DNA of 64,000 nt from Octopus vulgaris (GCA_951406725.2 OX597818.1:127596001-127660000), one strand, 5' to 3'. Counted from the first letter of the stretch, positions 1 through 15,903 are shown. The notes: a model not told the origin generated them from the sequence alone. Translations and numbers: made by a program.

Positions 1-318
1 AATGATGGAGCTGACTGCAAGGATATGGAGATTTCAGATAGTGAACACGATGATGTGAAAAAATCCATGGCTAGAAAGTTTACACTTGCAACGCTCTCTT
101 CAAAACCAATTTGATACACGGCAAAATTTTGATACACGCGGTTGCACATCAAAATCAAGTGCCGAGGATGGAAGTGACCCAATAATCAATGGGATAAACA
201 AAGCTTTTCTTGCTTTACAACAAAGTTATGTTCAAGACAAAGAATTCCTTGGGGGACCAGTGAAAAATTTCACCAAGCAACTTCTGGAACTAACTTCTGG
301 AACTGATATTGCATTAGC

Positions 319-548
319 GGCGAGCTGGCAGAATCGTTAGCACGCCGGGCGAAATGCGTAGCCGTATTTCGTCTGCCGTTACGTTCTGAGTTCAAATTCC
401 GCCAAGGTCAACTTTGCCTTTCATCCTTTCGGGGTCGATTAAATAAAGTACCAGTTACGCACTGGGGGTCGATGTAATCGACTTAATCCGTTTGTCTGTC
501 CTTGTTTGTCCCCTCTATGTTTAGCCCCTTGTGGGTAATAAAGAAACA
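319..548 (+). mobile_element. tRNA-derived SINE family 1 (Meta-like central domain) with 14-bp TSD
   Basis: Head GGCGAGCTGGCAGAATCGTTAGC, B-box GAGTTCAAATTCC, core CCTTTCATCCTTTCGGGGTCGAT. TSD GATATTGCATTAGC at 305-318 and 549-562. Confidence 0.9.
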
Positions 549-729
549 GATATTGCATTAGCTTCCGCGCTTCACTGCTTTGGTCGGTAATCTGGTGTGG
601 CACATGCTCTTGCCAAGAAAAAACAAATATCTCTAGTGAGAATTTTTTTTTTTCTCACAAACGAAAATCTCTAGTCAGTGTGAAGACAATTGGTGTGCAA
701 CCAACTGCAGCATCCAGGGTAAAAATGGT

Positions 730-960
730 TGGCGGCGAGCTGGCAGAATTGTTAGCACGCCGGGCGAAATGCGTAGCCGTATTTCGTCTGCCGTTACGTT
801 CTGAGTTCAAATTCCGCCGAGGTCGACTTTGCCTTTCATCCTTTCGGGGTCGATAAATTAAGTACTAGTTACGCACTGGGGTCAGTGTAATTGACTTGAT
901 CCGTTTGTCTGTCCTTGTTTGTCCCCTCTGTGTTTAGCCCCTTGTGGGTAGTAAAGAAAT
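730..960 (+). mobile_element. SINE family 1
   Basis: Near-identical to 319-548; possible short TSD GGTTGG. Confidence 0.9.
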
Positions 961-1947
961 AGGTTGGTGGTGTGCAGAAACCGCATTGGTGCTGACAGAC
1001 CGTTGAAGGATTGTTTGAAATGTGTGAAAGGAAAGGTGCCGTTCAGCTCTCAGATTATGCCTAGACGCAAAACCCAACATAACTTTCGTGAATGTGTTAA
1101 AAACAACCAATCTCTTTGGTAAAACACACTCTACCAAGTAAACTGAAGACTAAGAACGGTGTTGTAAGTTGACCGATCGCCAAATTATGCCTGATTTTAG
1201 GAGACAAAGTAATTAGATAGATTTGCATTTATACCTATTATAGGATTTTTTTTAGGGCCCCATATGGTAAAGATGTGAATGGGTAAAATGTGAGTAGAGG
1301 ATGATGTGCTAGCAACCCTCTCCCCTTACTGTTTTATAAAGTAAGCAACAAAATAAATAACTACGCAGAGGCAGCTATGGTTGGAACAAGAACAAGAACA
1401 ACAAGCATTATTAAATGCGAAAAGAAGCATAGTCATTCCTTACCCAAATGACTTTATCTTATCGCCCATCACTTGTTATGCGCTCATAAATTAGTTTGAT
1501 AGTTGAGCTTTGATTGGCTGTATGCAAATGAGTTCATAACTGGGGTCCGGAATTCTCGTGGAAAAAAAAACATTTCGCGGACGGGACGCGAGTCCGTCGC
1601 TGGGTTACTCACAACTGAACGGACTGGAGCAACGTGAAGTGTTTTACTCAAGAAATACAACTCACTACCCGGACCGGGAATCGAAAGCACGATCTTGAGA
1701 TCATGAGTATAATATCCAAACCACAAGGCAGGCGCTTTCGCATCTACAGGAAATAGCGTCTAAAATATTTTTCCTTAAATCACACCCTACCTTCTTCAAA
1801 AAAAAAAGGGGGAAGAAATTGGGGGACATTAGATTTCTGTATACAAAATAATGTCTGGGAGGAAAGACGGTGTGATCACATCTAAAGCTCTTCCAAATCA
1901 CATGACTGCTCGATCGGATATTACCTTGGGCCAAACAACAACAGAAA

Positions 1948-1984
<37 letters not shown>

Positions 1985-2463
1985 AGAAACTCTTAATAAA
2001 AATGGTAGAATATTAATTGAAACTATCCCAACAGAAAAACAATCCCCCGTCCATAAACAATCAACTTATCGGAAACGAAAGACGGCTGATGTTGTATAAA
2101 ATAACATTAGCATAACACGTATGACGCATAAATATACACGAATACATACTCGAAGTTTGAAAAGCATACGTGAAAAATAATACACAGTAACACGGAGTTT
2201 AATATGATTATTCTCTAGTCTCAAGGCCATAAGTTTTTTTTTTGTTTTTTGTTTTTATCTTTCTCTTCTTTTTATTACATAGTAAAAGGTAAATAGTTGT
2301 TGAACTCTATAACTGTATTCATAAAATGTATAACTTGTTTCCCAGTGTAACTTGTTTAGGAATTCTGTCGTAGTTCCACCCAAATAAAGTATAGCATAAT
2401 GGTTTCTTACTGACTGCTCTAAATAAGAGTGTTTGTGTGTGTGTATGTGTGTGTATGTATGTA

Positions 2464-2542
<79 letters not shown>

Positions 2543-2547
<5 letters not shown>

Positions 2548-2711
2548 TCTGGAATCGGCGAGACATATGCAGAAAGACAAAGATAAAGGTGTACAAGGCA
2601 TGTGTGCTCCCTTCTCTTCCCTATGCCTGCGAGACGTGGGTCACAAATCGATACCACTTTAAGCAACTGGAACGTTTCCATCAGATGTGTCTCATGCGAA
2701 TCTATGGCATT

Positions 2712-2715
<4 letters not shown>
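2543..2715 (+). pseudogene. RTE-clade LINE ORF fragment embedded in (TA)n
   Basis: [31 protein letters not shown]...[15 protein letters not shown], a typical RTE post-RT segment. Confidence 0.8.
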
Positions 2716-2786
<71 letters not shown>

Positions 2787-2863
2787 TTGGGAAAAAGTCA
2801 AGGTAGAAAATGCTAAAATAATTTTATAAAAAGTATTTCAGTACCAGTTTCAGTCAGAGACTT

Positions 2864-2912
<49 letters not shown>

Positions 2913-3219
2913 TAATTTGTTTATAGTTATCAAATGTTCGTGTTCACATGAGCCCGCTCCCTCCATCAAATCGACAAACCTATACACCATCTCATATGTG
3001 GCACAATTTGACACATGTCAGATGACGAATTGATCGCAGAGCCACATGAAATGAAGTATTTTGTTTAAGAATGCAACACAACCACCGGTCGGGGAATCGA
3101 AAACCACGATTGCAACACCCTAACCACTAAGCCAAACGCCTTCATACACGCGCGCGCGCGCGTGTGTGTGTGTGTGTGTGTGTGTTGCGCTACTGGTAAT
3201 ATATTGAGTATAATCTACC

Positions 3220-3460
3220 GTTTCATGGTCGAGCTGTCGGCGTCTAACTGGCAACCCCAACAATATTGGAGAGGAGAGGTATTTTTTGACACCCTGCGGG
3301 ACGGAAGACAAATCCCGTCAAAGGGTGGATGAACTCAGCAGAATCAAAGGCCATATGATATAGTCAAGAGTAGATTTTGCTGAACACTCGTAGTGACAAT
3401 CTATCTAGGAAAAGACAATCTCTGAAATAGAACCATCCAGCGAAGACTTGAAACCAACAG
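3220..3460 (+). mobile_element. RTE-like 5'UTR remnant
   Basis: CAAAGGGTGGATGAACTC...TCAAAGGCCAT and TCTAGGAAAAGACAATCTCTGAAATAGAACC match motifs in the minus-strand element at 26735-27140. Confidence 0.5.
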
Positions 3461-3518
3461 ATACTATTTTCTACAAAAAACATTATGGCATGAAGATGTT
3501 ATAGTTTCGTCTACTAAT

Positions 3519-3678
3519 GGCGTAGGAGTGGCTGTGTGGTAAGTAGCTTGCTAATGAACCACATGGTTCCAGGTTCAGTCCCACTGCGTGGCAACTTGGG
3601 TAAGTGTCTTCTACTATAGCCTCGGGCCGACCAAAGCCTTGTGTGTGGGTTTGGTAGACGGAATCTGAAAGAAGCCCG

Positions 3679-3764
<86 letters not shown>

Positions 3765-3980
3765 ATGTATGTATGTATGTATGTATGTATGTATGTATGT
3801 ATGTATGTATGTATGTGTGTGTATGTATGTTTGTGTCTGTGTTTGTCTGTGTTTGTCCCCGCAACATCGCTTGACAACCGATGCTGGTGTGTTTACGTCC
3901 CCGTAACTTATCGGTTCGGCAAAAGAGAACGATAGAATAAGTACTATGCTTACAAAGAATAAGTCCTGGGGTTGATTTGG
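3519..3980 (+). mobile_element. tRNA-derived SINE family 2 (CORE-like segment, internal microsatellite), truncated by the gap
   Basis: GGAGTGGCTGTGTGGTAAG...GGTTCAGTCCC...GCAACTTGGGTAAGTGTC, internal (TA)n/(TATG)n, conserved 3' half. Confidence 0.9.
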
Positions 3981-4080
3981 NNNNNNNNNNNNNNNNNNNN
4001 NNNNNNNNNNNNNNNNNNNNNNNNNNNNNNNNNNNNNNNNNNNNNNNNNNNNNNNNNNNNNNNNNNNNNNNNNNNNNNNN
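3981..4080. other. Assembly gap (100 N)
   Basis: Run of N. Confidence 1.
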
Positions 4081-4500
4081 TCTATACCTATTTCTTTATT
4101 ACCCACAGGGGGCTAAACATAGAGGGGACAAACAAGGACAGACATAGGTATTAAGTCGATTACATCGACCCCAGTGCGAAACTGGTACTTAATTCATCGA
4201 CCCCGAAAGGATGAAAGGCAAAGTCGACCTCGGCGGAATTTGAACTCACAATGTAACGGCAGACGAAATACCTATTTCTTTATTACCCACAAGGGGCTAA
4301 ACACAGAGGGGACAAACAAGGACAGACATAGGTATTAAGTCGATTACATCGACCCAGTGCGTAACTGGTACTTAATTCATCGACCCCGAAAGGATGAAAG
4401 GCAAAGTCGACCTCGGCGGAATTTGAACTCACAATGTAAAGGCAGACGAAATACCGCCAATCATTTCGCCCGGCGTGCTAACGTTTCTGCCAGCTCACCA
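4081..4500 (-). mobile_element. SINE family 1 with tandem-duplicated 3' part
   Basis: Two successive reverse-complement copies of the body, one head. Confidence 0.9.
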
Positions 4501-5072
4501 CCTTTATTTCCTCTATACCCATTAGCCCTAACCCAAGACACTCGATGAGAAGAAAAATGTAAACTCATCTTTGACGTTTCGAGCTTTAAAGTTCGTCAAA
4601 AAGTTAGACAAAAGAAATTGAAATTAAACGAGTATAGTGGAGAACTACGTTAAGTAATACCATGTGCGTGGGGAAGGGGCGTTGCGACTGCGCTCATGAA
4701 AGAAAAGTCGTAGGATTGTTGTTTGACTCCAGGTCAACTTTAGTTGGGCAACCCTAAAATCAAAAAGCTTTCCCCCTTTATGCATTTTGTGTTTGTATAT
4801 CAGGCACGGTAACTATTGCTTAATGTGTACTTCACTGTTAAAATAGTTGAGTAAATAATATAAAAATATGGAGATTTCTCGCTAGTCGATTGACCGCATA
4901 AAGGCACCATCGTTGGCTTGAATTTCATTAGGCTGAAAACAAAAGTGCGAAAGGTGGTGTATTAGGGAGTAATTAAATCCAAACGATTGTATTTCGAATA
5001 GTGTCCGAATGGGATCAAATTTGCAGCAAACGTATCCATTTAATAACGCAATCTTTGCAAGCTCATGAAGTA

Positions 5073-5305
5073 TATATTTCTTTATTGCCCACAAGGGGCT
5101 AAACATAGAGGGGACAAACAAGGACAGACAAAGGGATTAAGTTGATTACATCGATCCCAGTGCGCAACTGGTACTTTATTTATCGACCCCGAAAAGATGA
5201 AAGGCAAAGTCGACCTCGGCGGAATTTGAACTCAAAACGTAGCGACAGACGAAATACGGCTACGCATTTCGCCCGGCGTGCTAACGTTTCTGCCAGCTCG
5301 CCGCC
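5073..5305 (-). mobile_element. SINE family 1
   Basis: Full reverse-complement copy. Confidence 0.9.
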
Positions 5306-5694
5306 ATGCTTATGAAGTATAATTTATCGATAATTGATCACAATCTTGCCTATCTGGGCTTAACTATTAACAGCTAAGTGGAGTTCACTGGGAAACTGAG
5401 ATTTATGTGAGTCGGAGTTATGTTTGTTGCTTTGCTTATTGCAATGGGGCTATGCTGCACTGCACTAGTGATGGGATTGGAAACAGCGACTCCTCTCTTA
5501 GAACTCTGGCATAATATCAATTCAGTTATTTTTTAAACTCGACGTATTTAAATAAAGTTACAAACGGAAAAACTTTAAAATCGAAACTAAAGATTAGTAA
5601 GACAACGGAAAACAACGTTAAGTTATACTAGATGCGACAATGAAACCGTGTCTCTATAGAGGAGCCGTCGTTGTTGTTGTTGTTGCTGTTGCAG

Positions 5695-5726
<32 letters not shown>

Positions 5727-6540
5727 GGTGGTGGTGCTTAACTCATTGTTGTCCCTGATTGAGTAAGGCCTATTAACAAAGACGTCCTGTCATGCCTATC
5801 CCATATTTTATTTCAATTGTGTAATCCATCATTACTTTATCTAATGCCACTTCTATTTTACAATAAAGTTAAGTTGTGATTTGAGAAAGATTCGACAGCT
5901 ATTTTTAGCAGTTTGAGCAACCATCTAAAGGCTCCTTTGTTAAGCTCATCAATAGACTTGTCACAATGTAAGGTGTGGCGAGACAAAGCTTGAGAATAGC
6001 AACGACTTCGTGCGTGACCTGGAATAGTAAGTTTAATTAGGACATCACGTCATAAAGTTCAGCATGTCCCGCGCTGCAAAATTTTAGGATTGTCGTCACA
6101 CAACGCCCCACCTTCCACACACACACACACGCGCACACATTCACACATGCTTAGTTACACATACTAAGATAAGTTTTCGGTCGATTTTTTTCATATTGCA
6201 ATAACATCATAAAAATTGCATAAGGTTGCCATCTGCATGACGTATGTATAGTTAAGTACGCGCGGGAGGTAAGAGATTAAATATACTTAATGTAATGAGC
6301 CAAAAGGAAAATGTTTTAATCAATTAAAATATTACCTGAAATGAGAAAATTTATTAGGCACAGGTGTGATTGTATGGCTAAGAAGTTTGCTTCCCAACCA
6401 TGTGGTTTTGGGGCCCAGTCCTATGGTGCGGCATATTGAGTAAGTGTCTTCTACTATTGCTCCGAGCCGACCAAATACTTTTGAGTGGGATATGGTAGAC
6501 GGGAGCTGAAAGAAGCCCATTATGTATGTGCGTGCGTATG

Positions 6541-6652
<112 letters not shown>

Positions 6653-6701
6653 TATATACACATATATATATACATATATATATATACACATATATATATA
6701 T

Positions 6702-6811
<110 letters not shown>

Positions 6812-7157
6812 TTATGTATGTATGTATGTATGTATGTATGTATGTATGTATGTATGTATGTATGTATGTATGTATGTATGCATGTGTGTGTGTGTGTCTG
6901 TGTATGTATATCTTTTAAATTCGTCTATGGTAACGTTAGGAGTATGCAAATAAAGCTCCTATTTCATTACGCCGTCTACCATCTGACTAGTAAGTCATTT
7001 TTGGGGGTTGCATCATGGTTATACCGATATAATGTAGGAAATATATATAATAATAACAATAATTCTAGGATGTAACATATACATCTAATGGCGGTGCCCC
7101 AGCATGGCCACAGCTCGTGAGCTGAAACTAGATAAAATAAAAATAAATAAAAAATAT

Positions 7158-7188
<31 letters not shown>

Positions 7189-7259
7189 CTTCATATATAT
7201 GAATATATATACATATATGTATATACGTATATATATACATTTATATATATATATATGTA

Positions 7260-7303
<44 letters not shown>

Positions 7304-8193
7304 GATGGATGGATGGATTGATGGATCGATCGATTGATGGATCGATCGATATACAAATTTATTTCCATTCATAGCAACCCGTGTTGCTAACTGTATGCTA
7401 TAAAAAAAACATTCTTAGTTTATCGAACTTCGATATGGGAAAAACCTACCACCTCTACATAAAAAACAAAAACATTATTGCTCCTGAAAGTTTTTTTTTT
7501 TTTTTTATTCCTACCATGGATTTCTCAAAGTTTACTAACTTCCTAGACTTTGACTCTTGGATCTTACAATTACATATCATTGTGTGTGTGTATGTGTGTG
7601 TGTGTGTGTGTGCTTGTCCACCACTACCACCACCATTACTTGTCAACCGGTGTTGGTTTGTCTACGTTCCCTACAACATAGCGGTTCGGCAAAAAGAACC
7701 GATAGAATATGTACTAGGTTTAAAATATGGTGCTGAAGTCGATTTGGTCGGCTAAAACTCTTCAAGGCAATACCCCAACATGGCCGCTGTCCAATAGCTG
7801 AAACAAGTAAAGTGTAGAAAAAAGAGAAGATAGTGTTAATAGTAATTCCTGCTAAAAAAGCCAAGAAAGGTAACTCAGAATAGTTAAACATTTAATGGGA
7901 GTGATTCTGATCTTAGAAAGACGGTGATAATTCCGGTCATGTTTCGTTCGTATTAAATGTTCTCAGTTAAACATATTTTTAATTGTAATTAATTACCAGA
8001 CTTTGGAACGTCTAAGAGTATATATAGATTTTGAGAGAAAGAATATGTGAAATAGTGACTTAGATGAAGGAAATATTGTTATATGGGAGGTAAATTGCTA
8101 AAGGTAGTGAGCCGAAGGACATTTTTTTTCTATTACCATCAGTTAAAATATTTTCAGTGTGTATGTATGTCCACATACATACTAACACACAAA

Positions 8194-8249
<56 letters not shown>

Positions 8250-8321
8250 CACACATACACACACACAAACACACACGCACACATAAGGAATATGTACAGA
8301 TACACATATGCATACATTTAT

Positions 8322-8734
8322 ATTCTTTTACTCTTTTACTTGTTTCAGTCATTTGACTGCGGCCATTCTGTAGCACCGCCTTTAATCGAGCAACTCGACC
8401 CCGGGACTTATTCTTTTGTAAGCCCAGTACTTGTTCTATCGGTCTCTTTTGCCGAACCGCTAAGTAACGGGGACATAAACACACCAGCATCGGTTGTCAA
8501 GCAATGCTAGGGGGACAAACACAAACACAAACATATACACACACACATATATATATATATACATACATGCGATGGGCTTCTTTTAGTTTCCGTCTACCAA
8601 ATCCACTCACAAGGCTTTAGACGGCCCGAGGCTATAGTAGAAGACACTTGCCCAAGATGCCACGCAGTGGGACTGAACCCGGAACCATGTGGTTGGTTAG
8701 CAAGCTACTTACCACACAGCCACTCCTGCGCCTA
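8322..8734 (-). mobile_element. SINE family 2
   Basis: Full copy with (CTCTTTTA) tail repeats. Confidence 0.9.
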
Positions 8735-8805
8735 TACATATTCAAAATTTATACATATATACACGTGCAGACATATACATACAAACAAACAAATAAATAA
8801 ATGAA

Positions 8806-8852
<47 letters not shown>

Positions 8853-9270
8853 ATGATGGCTGCAACTTGATTTCGAGCAATGCCATCATTTGATTTTTCT
8901 CTTAGATATAAGTAACTGGGGTATGGATTTTCAGTCCTGCGAGGGAAGGGAGAGGCCTACATTTTTCTTTGTCCAGATGTGACGTCTCTTGCAACAGGTG
9001 TTCAGAGAGCTTACCGCCTACGCTGACACATGCCTTCATTCGATCATAAAATTTTTCATTGAGTATTTTTACCTTTTTTCGGCTACGATCTCAGCCATAG
9101 TAAAAAAAACACATAATAAAGAAGTTAGTAGAGATGTTGACAATCAAGCAATGCCTGCGAGAAAAGGTCTTGCACAGGACCAATCACACACTCGAAACAG
9201 CGTATGCATTTGACCCCAAAAGAACAGTTGTTATATCAAAGTTTTCATTCTCCTAGAGAAATGTTTAAAT

Positions 9271-9901
9271 CAGCGGTTTTCAACCGGAGTCCCTATGACC
9301 TTTGAGGCTCTATGTTAAAATTTATGTCTTTTTACTTGTTTCAGTCATTTGACTGCGGCCATGCTGGAGCACCGCCTTTAGTCGAGCAAATCGACCCCGG
9401 GACTTATTCTTTGTAAGCCCAGTACTTATTCTATCGGTCTCTTTTGCCGAACCGCTAAGTGACGGGGACGTAAACACACCAGCATCTGTTGTCAAGCAAT
9501 GCTAGGGGGACAAACACAGACACACAAACACACACACATATACACATATATATATATATACATATATACGACAGGCTTCTTTCAGTTTCCGTCTACCAAA
9601 TCCACTCACAAGGCATTGATCGGCCCGGAGCTATAGCAGAAGGCACTTGCCCAAGGTGCCACGCAGTGCGACTGAATCCGGAACCATGTGGTTGTTTAGC
9701 AAGCTACTTACCACACAGCCACTCCTGTGCTATAAATTAGTTATTAATTTTACAATACACGAAATAATTTAACAATTTTTAATGCAATTTTTAACAATAT
9801 TTAATTCTAAAAAATGTAATCGAATTTATATATGAGTTCATCCGAGTAAAAATGGAATCAATGGGATCCATAGGTTTAAAAAAAATGGTTGAAAAACGCT
9901 G
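9271..9901. mobile_element. hAT-type MITE with nested SINE family 2 (9326-9731, minus)
   Basis: TIRs CAGCGGTTTTCAACC / GGTTGAAAAACGCTG; 8-bp TSD GTTTAAAT at 9263-9270 and 9902-9909. Confidence 0.85.
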
Positions 9902-10168
9902 GTTTAAATAAAGAATAAGGGTCTCTCAAGCCCAGTTGTTCAATGGCCGTTGATTCGACTGAGATCATCTACCCATTGATAGGTTTTGTTTTACTGCCTA
10001 CTGGATGTCTAACGAAAACCACAATCCTTACCAAGTAGGTTTGGGAGGGTTACCAGCTGGGACACCGACGACCAGACCATGCGGTATTGGGTATTATATT
10101 GGGTTACATGTTATTGTATTGGGTTACATGTTACCAGAAGTTACCAGTAGCGCTAAGAATGATTTACA

Positions 10169-10279
<111 letters not shown>

Positions 10280-10289
10280 TTCTCTTTTT

Positions 10290-10685
10290 CTCTCTTTTAC
10301 TTGTTTCAGTCATTTGACTGCGGCCATGCTGGAGCACCGCCTTTAATCGATCAACTCGACCCCGGGACTTATTCTTTGTAAGCCCAGCACTTATTCTATC
10401 GGTCTCTTTTGCCGAACCGCTAAGTTACGGGGACATAAACACACCAGCATCGGTTGTCAAGCGATGTTGGGGGGACAAACACAGACACACAAACATACAC
10501 GCACATACACATATTTACATATATACGACGAGCTTCTTTCAGTTTCCGCCTACCAAATCCACTCACAAGGCTTTGATCGGCCCGAGGCTATAGTAGAAGA
10601 CACTTGCCCAAGATGCCACGCAGTGGGACTGAACCCGGAACCATGTGGTTGGTAAACAAGCTTACCACACAGCCACTCCTGCGCC

Positions 10686-10686
<1 letters not shown>
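10290..10686 (-). mobile_element. SINE family 2
   Basis: Full reverse-complement copy. Confidence 0.9.
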
Positions 10687-10716
<30 letters not shown>

Positions 10717-10980
10717 ACATATAATGTATGTATGCAAAGGACGAGATGCGTGTGTGCTCGCATAAAAATCACCCTATATTTATAAACGCAGCAATCTGCG
10801 ACACGGTTAGTGTAAACCAGAGAGGTAGGGAACCTGTATACATTTAAAGGCCTCTTTAAAGTTAACTGCTGTCTGACAAGCATGCATTTCAAACAAAAGA
10901 AATTCTTATACCTATTATTTTATACTTCTAACAGGCATAAAACTTATGTAATCTAATATTTTATAAAATAAAGTGTCTCT

Positions 10981-11422
10981 TTATTGTATTGTAAGGGGCT
11001 GGGACATGGCGAACAACAGTTAAGTCATATAAGCAAATACAATCATTCATCAACATATACTTGCGTAGTATACTTAAAATTAGATGGCCCGAACACATAA
11101 GCAGTATGGAGCTATGGCAAAGAACAAATCCAGTTTCGATTAGGGAGCAAATATTTAAGAAAAAGTGGAAGTGGATTGGTAGCACAATTAGAAAAGAGAC
11201 ACCAAATGTACCGAAAAGTGCTTTACAGTGGAAACCGGATGGGTATAGAAAGAGAGGTAGGACTAAGAACTCGTGGCGTAAATCAACACAAAAGGAACTA
11301 GAGAAAGGGGGACATTCATGGCAGAGTACTAGTACAGAAGCTAAAAATTATGCGACATGGAATTCAACTATAAGTGGCCTATACTCCGCGTTGGAGGGTT
11401 AAAGGCAGGAAAAAAACTAAAT
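10981..11422 (+). mobile_element. 5'-truncated RTE LINE with 15-bp TSD
   Basis: LRSILKIRWPEHISSMELWQRT...WKWIG...ALQWKPDGYRKRGRTKNSW. TSD AAATAAAGTGTCTCT at 10966-10980 and 11423-11437. Confidence 0.85.
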
Positions 11423-12409
11423 AAATAAAGTGTCTCTCATACTGATATATCTTAGTTTCGCATTTCACATTTTTCCTTAATAGATGTGACTGATTGTTCT
11501 ACTCCATGTTACTTGCAGTTAAAATGTTTCTCATCATTATGAGATACTTTGTATAATAAATTATTGATAAAAAAATCCCTACAAAATGGAAAATAACAAG
11601 GTTTCGGAATACGCATCCAACCACAACCGTTAATATTTCTGCGTTTCAAATTCAATAATAATTTCTTTAAACGTATAATTACATCTGTAGATAAAGAAGT
11701 ACAAATATGTGTTTCTAAAATCTCCAGTTACTTGGAAAGATAAGCTTTAGGTAAAATTAAAACAATAAAATTATATTTTAGTATAACGGTTTTTCCATCT
11801 CTAACATTTTGTATTTCTTTCATTCATAGGCTCCTCCCCCTCCATGAGTTTCTTACGTCTGATGTAAGATATGAATGGCGATAGCAGGTCGAGCGATCAG
11901 TCAGAGGCCACCGTGTTGGCTCATCAACAGATAAATCACATTGTAAGTGGTCGAAAGCCAAAGCTTTGCAGTAGCTTCATCCTCTTGCATGACTCAAATA
12001 CTCTTAGTAAATCATCACGTCACCCACTGAAACTAAACCAAACAGCTAAACTTTAGCGCTTTTTATTTATTTTTTAAAAAATCTTTAGGCGAGATGAAAG
12101 GACAGTTCCCATAACCTTTTTTGGCCGCTTTGGGGGCACTCCTAGACTGGTAAGAATAAGGAAGGTATTTTCAAACGGGAAACCTGGCCCGAATGATTAC
12201 AACAAAGTGTACTCCTCTAAAAGCACTTAAAGTCACGCGTTAAGTTTATCACCCAAACAGACCATGGCCGGATTTGAACTCTGGAGCGCAAAGAACAATA
12301 GCCAAGAAATCTATATTAAGAAATGTAAATACGTTGAGGGAGGAGCTAGCTAGCCCGTCCCTCAGAAATGGTATGCAACCTGGAACCGTTTGCTGACTGA
12401 CTGATGTGT

Positions 12410-12795
12410 GGTGGAAGCACTCCGTCGGTTACGACGACGAGGGTTCCGGTTGATCCGAATCAACGGAACAGCCTGCTCGTGAAAGTAACGTGTAAGTGGC
12501 TGAGCACTCCACAGACACGTGTACTCTTAACGTAGTTCTCGGGGGTATTCAGCGTGACACAGAGAGTGACAAGGCCGGCCCTTTGAAATACAGGTACAAC
12601 ATAAACAAGAAGTAAGAGTGAGAGAAAGTTGTGGTGAAAGAGTACAGCAGGGATCACCACCATCCCCTGCCGGAGCCTCGTGGAGCTTTTAGGTGTTTTC
12701 GCTCAATAAACACTCACAACGCCCGGTCTAGGAATCGAAACCGCGATCCTATGACCGCGTGTCCGCTGCCCTAACCACTGGCCCATTGCGCCTCC
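12410..12795 (-). mobile_element. tRNA-derived SINE family 3 (RTE-type 3' hairpin tail) with 14-bp TSD
   Basis: Head GGAGGCGCAATGGCCCAGTGGTTAGG...GGTTTCGATTCC; tail CCTCGTCGTCGTAACCGACGGAGTGC. TSD ACTGACTGATGTGT at 12396-12409 and 12796-12809. Confidence 0.9.
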
Positions 12796-13300
12796 ACTGA
12801 CTGATGTGTAGTAGAGAACGGAATGGAAAAATAGAAGACGCGATGCACTTGGATGAAATGACGATGACCAGAGCATGCAATCAGCGCTGATCTGGGCTGA
12901 ACAATAACAACAACTATCTTCCGTCCATAATCTAGGCGGCCAATTGGTAGAGCCGCTAAAGCATCAGATAGGTTGATTAGCAGTAAACGTTTCGGCTCTC
13001 TGCTCATGAGTTCAAATCCCAGCAAGGTCACCTTTGCTCTTTACCGTTTGGGGTTCGATGTATGAAGTGGCAGACTTGCACAGGAGTTGATTCCTCTGTT
13101 TCTCTCACTCTTTCTTTCTGTCTATCTCTCTTTCAGAAAGAAAGTGGGTGCGATCATTCTTGGAGAGGTGTTGCCTCCGACAAGTCTAAATATGCCCAAG
13201 CGAGTCGTTTGTCACTAAGATACCTTTACGACCTCATCAAACAGTTTAAAGCCTAAAGCGCCACTTGATAAAAGCTACTTGATACATTATGGAGTGTATT

Positions 13301-14853
<1,553 letters not shown>

Positions 14854-15131
14854 TATTGACCTAGCTTTTGGCTTTATATATATATATATAAATATACACA
14901 CACACATATATATGCGTGAGTGTATATACACATATGTGTGCGTGTGTGTTTGTGGAAATATATGTGTGTGCGCATGCGCACACACACTTGTAATCACACG
15001 TCGTTCGATGACAACATCTGTGGAGAGACTTTTAGTTTACTTATTACTTGGATAATTTTAGTTGATTGAATCTTGTCATTTCACTGCATAGCATATGTGA
15101 GACACTATAGTGTTGGTATTTATTATGCTTT

Positions 15132-15188
<57 letters not shown>

Positions 15189-15469
15189 GTCCCTATTTCG
15201 TATACATTCGATCCTTCTTCCAAGAAATCTAATGCTCGTAGCTTAGTTTTTCTAATGCTTGTAGCTTAGTTTTCCTTGGGGCTGGCCGGATCGGAGCGAT
15301 CTCAAGATTAATCAGCCGAAATTGCTACGATGATCCGGTTCTTGACTGAAGATTGAGGGCTTCGAATGTCCCGTCCGTGTTTTTTGTATCGTCTTCTAAG
15401 TGTTTTGCGTTCTTGTACCAGTTTGTAATTTTCTACATATAATAATAATATATATATATATATATATAT

Positions 15470-15903
15470 AACAACAATTCAACAAATAAAACATATGCAC
15501 ACATACACACATACATGCACATACCCACATCTATATGCATATATACATGCATATACACAAATATATGAGTACAGGACACCACAAATAAACGTAGAACACA
15601 ACGAGAAACGAAAACACAAAAACAAACAAGGAAACGGACTCCCCTTAACAACGAAAAAACAGGGTACAAGACAAACAATACAAGGAACACTCCCCTTCAT
15701 CAGCCGCCCCTGTGTTTTCGTTTCTCGTTGTGTTCTACGTTTATTTGTGGTGTCCTGTATTCATATATTTGTGTATATGCATGTATATATACATATAGAT
15801 GTGGGTATATGCATGTATGTATGTATGTATGTATGTATGTATGTATGTATGTATGTATGTATGTATGTATGTGTGCATATGTTTTATTTGTTAAATTGTT
15901 GTT
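15470..15903. repeat. Fold-back inverted duplication of a dispersed element (related copy at 42250-42550)
   Basis: About 15470-15618 is the reverse complement of 15711-15903, apart from a TATG expansion; spacer about 90 bp. Confidence 0.85.

Larger units (their letters stand above)
1..1141 (+). pseudogene. C-terminal remnant of a MULE/SWIM-like transposase-related ORF, split by two SINEs and a 29-bp insertion
   Basis: With insertions removed it reads ...TSGTDIALASALHCFGR*...KTIGVQPTAASR...HNFRECVKNNQSLGKTHSTK*. The IxVQPTA..R and terminal H.....V.NN motifs resemble invertebrate MuDR-like protein C-termini (from memory). Stops and frameshifts present. Confidence 0.5.

Noticed and set aside
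15690-15710. CUGAUGA (minus) near the fold-back junction, and CUGAAGA in the copy at about 42470
   Set aside because: No downstream GAAA box in the correct order.
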